Source: Candidatus Woesearchaeota archaeon | Lineage (GTDB): Archaea > Nanobdellota > Nanobdellia > Woesearchaeales > ARS49 | Length of the DNA stretch: 42,730 nucleotides | Direction: 5' to 3' | Assembly (NCBI GenBank): GCA_041599235.1 | Contig: JBFHWZ010000002.1 | Coordinates: 1 to 42,730 of the forward strand | Part shown: piece after piece, positions 40,258 to 42,730 of the stretch | Position numbering within the stretch: the first letter of the stretch is position 1 | Layout of the letters: each line of letters starts with the position of its first letter | Position numbers and translations under genes: made by a program | Notes under the pieces: generated by a model | Database searches by the model: none | What the model was told of the DNA's origin: nothing | What the model saw: only the letters and a program-made list of their open reading frames with translations

Positions 40258-40902
40258 GTGAAAATGGGGGCTCAAAAAAAACCAATTGTACCAATACTGA
40301 AAACACTCAAAAAACAGCCAAGCTACACTATGCTGGGCAATTTCCAAAACAAGAGATATGATCCCTTTAAAATTCTCATTGGCACCATCTTGAGCGCTCG
40401 CGCACGCGATGAAGTCACTGAGGTCATCACTGAACAACTGTTCAAGAAATACAAGAACGCCAAGCAATTAGCAGCTGCCAAGCAGCGCGATGTTGAAAAG
40501 ATTATTAAACAAATAGGGTTTTACCGCAACAAAGCAAAGCATGTCATAGGTGCTGCACAAGCAGTGGTCAAGCACGGCAGTGTGCCTGACACTGAAGCAG
40601 GCCTGATGGCACTGCCTGGTGTTGGCAGGAAAGTGGCTGGCTGCGTGCTGGTATATGCATTTAAGAAAGATGCTATCCCTGTTGACACGCACGTGCACAG
40701 AATCAGCAACAGGCTTGGCTTGGTGAAAACCAAAACGCCTGAAAAAACAGAGCAGGCACTGCGCATACTGACGCCACGAAAATACTGGCAGGATGTCAAT
40801 GACTTGCTGGTGCATCATGGCAAGACGGTCTGCAAGCCCATAACGCCGCTGTGCCACAAGTGTGCAATAGAGAAATACTGTAAAAAAGTTGGTGTAAAAT
40901 GA
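40258..40902 (+). CDS. nth: Endonuclease III (HhH-GPD, Fe-S)
   Basis: LIGTILSARARDE, LPGVGRKVAGCVL, VDTHVHRI, and the cluster C-x6-C-x2-C-x5-C (CKPITPLCHKCAIEKYC). Start is GTG 40258 or ATG 40264. Confidence 0.85.
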   Translation: MKMGAQKKPIVPILKTLKKQPSYTMLGNFQNKRYDPFKILIGTILSARARDEVTEVITEQLFKKYKNAKQLAAAKQRDVEKIIKQIGFYRNKAKHVIGAAQAVVKHGSVPDTEAGLMALPGVGRKVAGCVLVYAFKKDAIPVDTHVHRISNRLGLVKTKTPEKTEQALRILTPRKYWQDVNDLLVHHGKTVCKPITPLCHKCAIEKYCKKVGVK

Positions 40903-41474
40903 TTGATATTATAATGGTTTTAGCAGGAACCTTTGTGCTCTTGTTTTTCATAACGTTTTTTTACTTATCCAAAGATATCTTTCTCACAGGTGTATTGAAA
41001 GTCAGAAAAGAAAAAGTGAGGCGCAAAGAGCCTTTTTACATTCTCTTCAGCGCATGGCTCATAACCATAGTGTTGCTTATAGGTGAGTTTGTCAAAAATA
41101 AGCCTGAACTGTCATTCTGGACCTTTGTTGGAGCAGGCTTAGTTCTTTTTGGCGGCATCCTGCGCATTAAAGCAAAAAAACAATTGCACCGATTTTATTC
41201 ATTTCACGTGCTGATACAAAAAGATCACAAAATAGTAAAAAAAGGGGTATATAGAACCCTGCGGCACCCTCTTATGGCAGGCGTTATACTAATGATCGCA
41301 GGGCTGGCAGTCATGGCGCAAAGCACCTATGGCTCGTTGCTGCTGGTTGTTGCGTTTATCCCAGCATCAATCTATTACACGAGCCAGGAAGAAAAAGCAC
41401 TCATAGAAGAATTCAAAGATGAATATCTTACCTATATGAACCAAACTAAAAAATTCATACCCGGAGTCTACTGA
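40899..41474 (+). CDS. Isoprenylcysteine carboxyl methyltransferase (ICMT/PEMT) family membrane protein
   Basis: Multi-TM protein with GVYRTLRHPLMAGVILMIAG, the family signature. ATGA overlap with nth. Confidence 0.7.
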   Translation: MIDIIMVLAGTFVLLFFITFFYLSKDIFLTGVLKVRKEKVRRKEPFYILFSAWLITIVLLIGEFVKNKPELSFWTFVGAGLVLFGGILRIKAKKQLHRFYSFHVLIQKDHKIVKKGVYRTLRHPLMAGVILMIAGLAVMAQSTYGSLLLVVAFIPASIYYTSQEEKALIEEFKDEYLTYMNQTKKFIPGVY

Positions 41475-42181
41475 TGGAGCCATTGTATCAAGAAGATAGC
41501 TATGCTAAAGAATGCACGGCAATTGTTGCCTCAGTACAAGATGACACGTATGTTGTGCTTGACAATACTATCTTTTATCCAACCAGCGGCGGCCAGCCCT
41601 GCGACACTGGCAGCCTCGTTCGCGAAAGTGATGGAAAAGAATTTCCCGTTGTCTATGTTCGCAAAGTAGAAGGCAAAATCAGCCATGAAATAGGCATGCC
41701 GGGCTTGCAGCAAGGCGACACAGTCATGTGCAAACTTGACTGGGAGCGCAGATACAAACTGATGCGAGCGCACACAGCAGCGCACGTACTGAGCGCAACT
41801 ATTAATAAACTCACGGGCTCGCTCGTTACAGGCAAGCAACTGGACATTGAGCGAAGCAGAATTGATTTCAATCTTGACAACTTTGACAAGTGCATTGCAG
41901 AACAGTTCCTTGAGGAAGCAAACAAGACCATTGCTACTGGCGCACCAGTCAAAACCTATACCCTGCCACGGGAAAAAGCACTGGAGATTCCAGGCGTGGT
42001 TAAGCTCGCAGATAAAATGCCGCCAGAGGTTGCAGAGCTGCGCATTGTTGAAATTGAAAACATTGACGCTCAAGCGTGCGGCGGAACCCATGTAAGCGAC
42101 ATTAAAGAAATAGGCCCTTTGAGCCTTGTCAAGACTGAAAATAAAGGAAAACACAACAGGAGGATATACTTTGCCGTATGA
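41474..42181 (+). CDS. alaX: Alanyl-tRNA editing protein AlaX (AlaX-M type)
   Basis: FYPTSGGQPCDTG, the zinc motifs HTAAHVL and CGGTHV, and the 235 aa length. Confidence 0.85.
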   Translation: MEPLYQEDSYAKECTAIVASVQDDTYVVLDNTIFYPTSGGQPCDTGSLVRESDGKEFPVVYVRKVEGKISHEIGMPGLQQGDTVMCKLDWERRYKLMRAHTAAHVLSATINKLTGSLVTGKQLDIERSRIDFNLDNFDKCIAEQFLEEANKTIATGAPVKTYTLPREKALEIPGVVKLADKMPPEVAELRIVEIENIDAQACGGTHVSDIKEIGPLSLVKTENKGKHNRRIYFAV

Positions 42182-42543
42182 GACAACCACCCAAATACAC
42201 GTTATTTGAATACGTTCTGTACACCATTGCCATTTTGGTATTTGCCTTGCCCATAGAATATTATGAATACCGCTCTTTTGGCCAAGCAGAAGCAATTAGC
42301 ATCGGCCTCATCATTGCCTGGTTTGTTATTGCAGGCATCAGCTATGCGCTCTTTTACTATACCAAGAAAAATCCTATTTACACAACGGTCGCTTTTGGCG
42401 TGCTGGGATTCATCTATGAATTTTTTGTCAACCCTGTTGGTACTGCGCCATGGTTAGCCTGGATCATCACTTGGATCTTTGTTGTAAGCCTCATACCAGC
42501 AGGAGTCTTATGGGTGTTTAACCAATACTTTGAGCCAGATTAA
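42178..42543 (+). CDS. Hypothetical membrane protein (about 4 TM)
   Basis: ATGA overlap with alaX. The sequence is hydrophobic throughout and matches no family I recognise. Confidence 0.5.
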   Translation: MRQPPKYTLFEYVLYTIAILVFALPIEYYEYRSFGQAEAISIGLIIAWFVIAGISYALFYYTKKNPIYTTVAFGVLGFIYEFFVNPVGTAPWLAWIITWIFVVSLIPAGVLWVFNQYFEPD

Positions 42544-42730
42544 TGAAAGAAAAGCAGCCTCGATTGTGGTACAGAAGCCGCGGGCTCCATAAGATGGAAG
42601 CTCGCTTTGTTGGAACTGCACCTATTCAGAGCTTTATCCGAAAGCGGCTAAAAACAGAAAAAACGGTGCGTGTTCTTGAGTTTGGCTTTGGAGAAGGAAA
42701 GTGTCTTTTAGACTTGAGAAAAGTGTTTCC
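42543..42730 (+). CDS. Class I SAM-dependent methyltransferase, N-terminal fragment (runs off window)
   Basis: The ATG overlaps the upstream TAA by 1 nt. VRVLEFGFGEGKCLLDL resembles methyltransferase motif I. Confidence 0.45.
   Translation, partial: MKEKQPRLWYRSRGLHKMEARFVGTAPIQSFIRKRLKTEKTVRVLEFGFGEGKCLLDLRKVF

Noticed and set aside
41531-42295. 254-aa minus-strand ORF
   Set aside because: It is antisense to alaX, whose zinc motifs (HTAAHVL, CGGTHV) are unambiguous. The composition is that of a shadow ORF.
1-42730. CRISPR arrays, tRNA/rRNA genes, transposases, integrases, prophage boundaries
   Set aside because: I scanned intergenic regions of 60 bp or more on both strands. I found no regularly spaced repeats, no tRNA-like T-arm/acceptor patterns, and no recombinase-like ORFs. 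All large ORFs are accounted for.

Overview
This is a compact stretch of archaeal chromosome, about 56 CDS with almost no non-coding DNA. The archaeal assignment rests on the ribosomal proteins S8e, S27e and L44e, aIF2-alpha, aEF-1beta, Nop10, TFS, Trm1, XPD, a PAC2 chaperone, an NMD3-like protein and DUF460. Strong BRE/TATA boxes sit 22-25 nt upstream of many start codons (leaderless mRNAs), and ATGA start/stop overlaps between adjacent genes are frequent. The gene content looks like a small-genome, DPANN-like archaeon carrying several bacterial-type genes (lspA, nrdR, a long nrdJ, gpmI), but taxonomy cannot be proven from the window. I found no rRNA, tRNA, CRISPR array, transposase or integrase. 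Two loci stand out. (1) 21370-24479 holds seven tandem paralogous small proteins. They share a near-identical pilin-like N-terminal hydrophobic helix, most with a K-G|I-S-L-T class-III-signal-like motif. Their ectodomains are hypervariable and close with a conserved C...C...CC motif. The array lies directly downstream of an operon ending in a bacterial-type signal peptidase II. (2) 33972-40041 is a tightly coupled operon: nrdR, then an ATP-cone-bearing class II RNR paralog, then a canonical long NrdJ with no ATP-cone, then a PduO-type adenosyltransferase. The paralog has lost the thiyl-radical Cys, the adjacent Asn and one redox Cys, so it looks like a possible trans-acting regulatory pseudo-RNR. 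Other points of interest are a cluster of two unknown genes, a solo Cas4-like Fe-S nuclease and a SAMHD1-like dNTPase, a eukaryote-type (GT3) glycogen synthase, a 7-blade FG-GAP surface propeller, a membrane-tethered wHTH protein coupled to DUF460, and a Nop10 gene missing from the ORF track.
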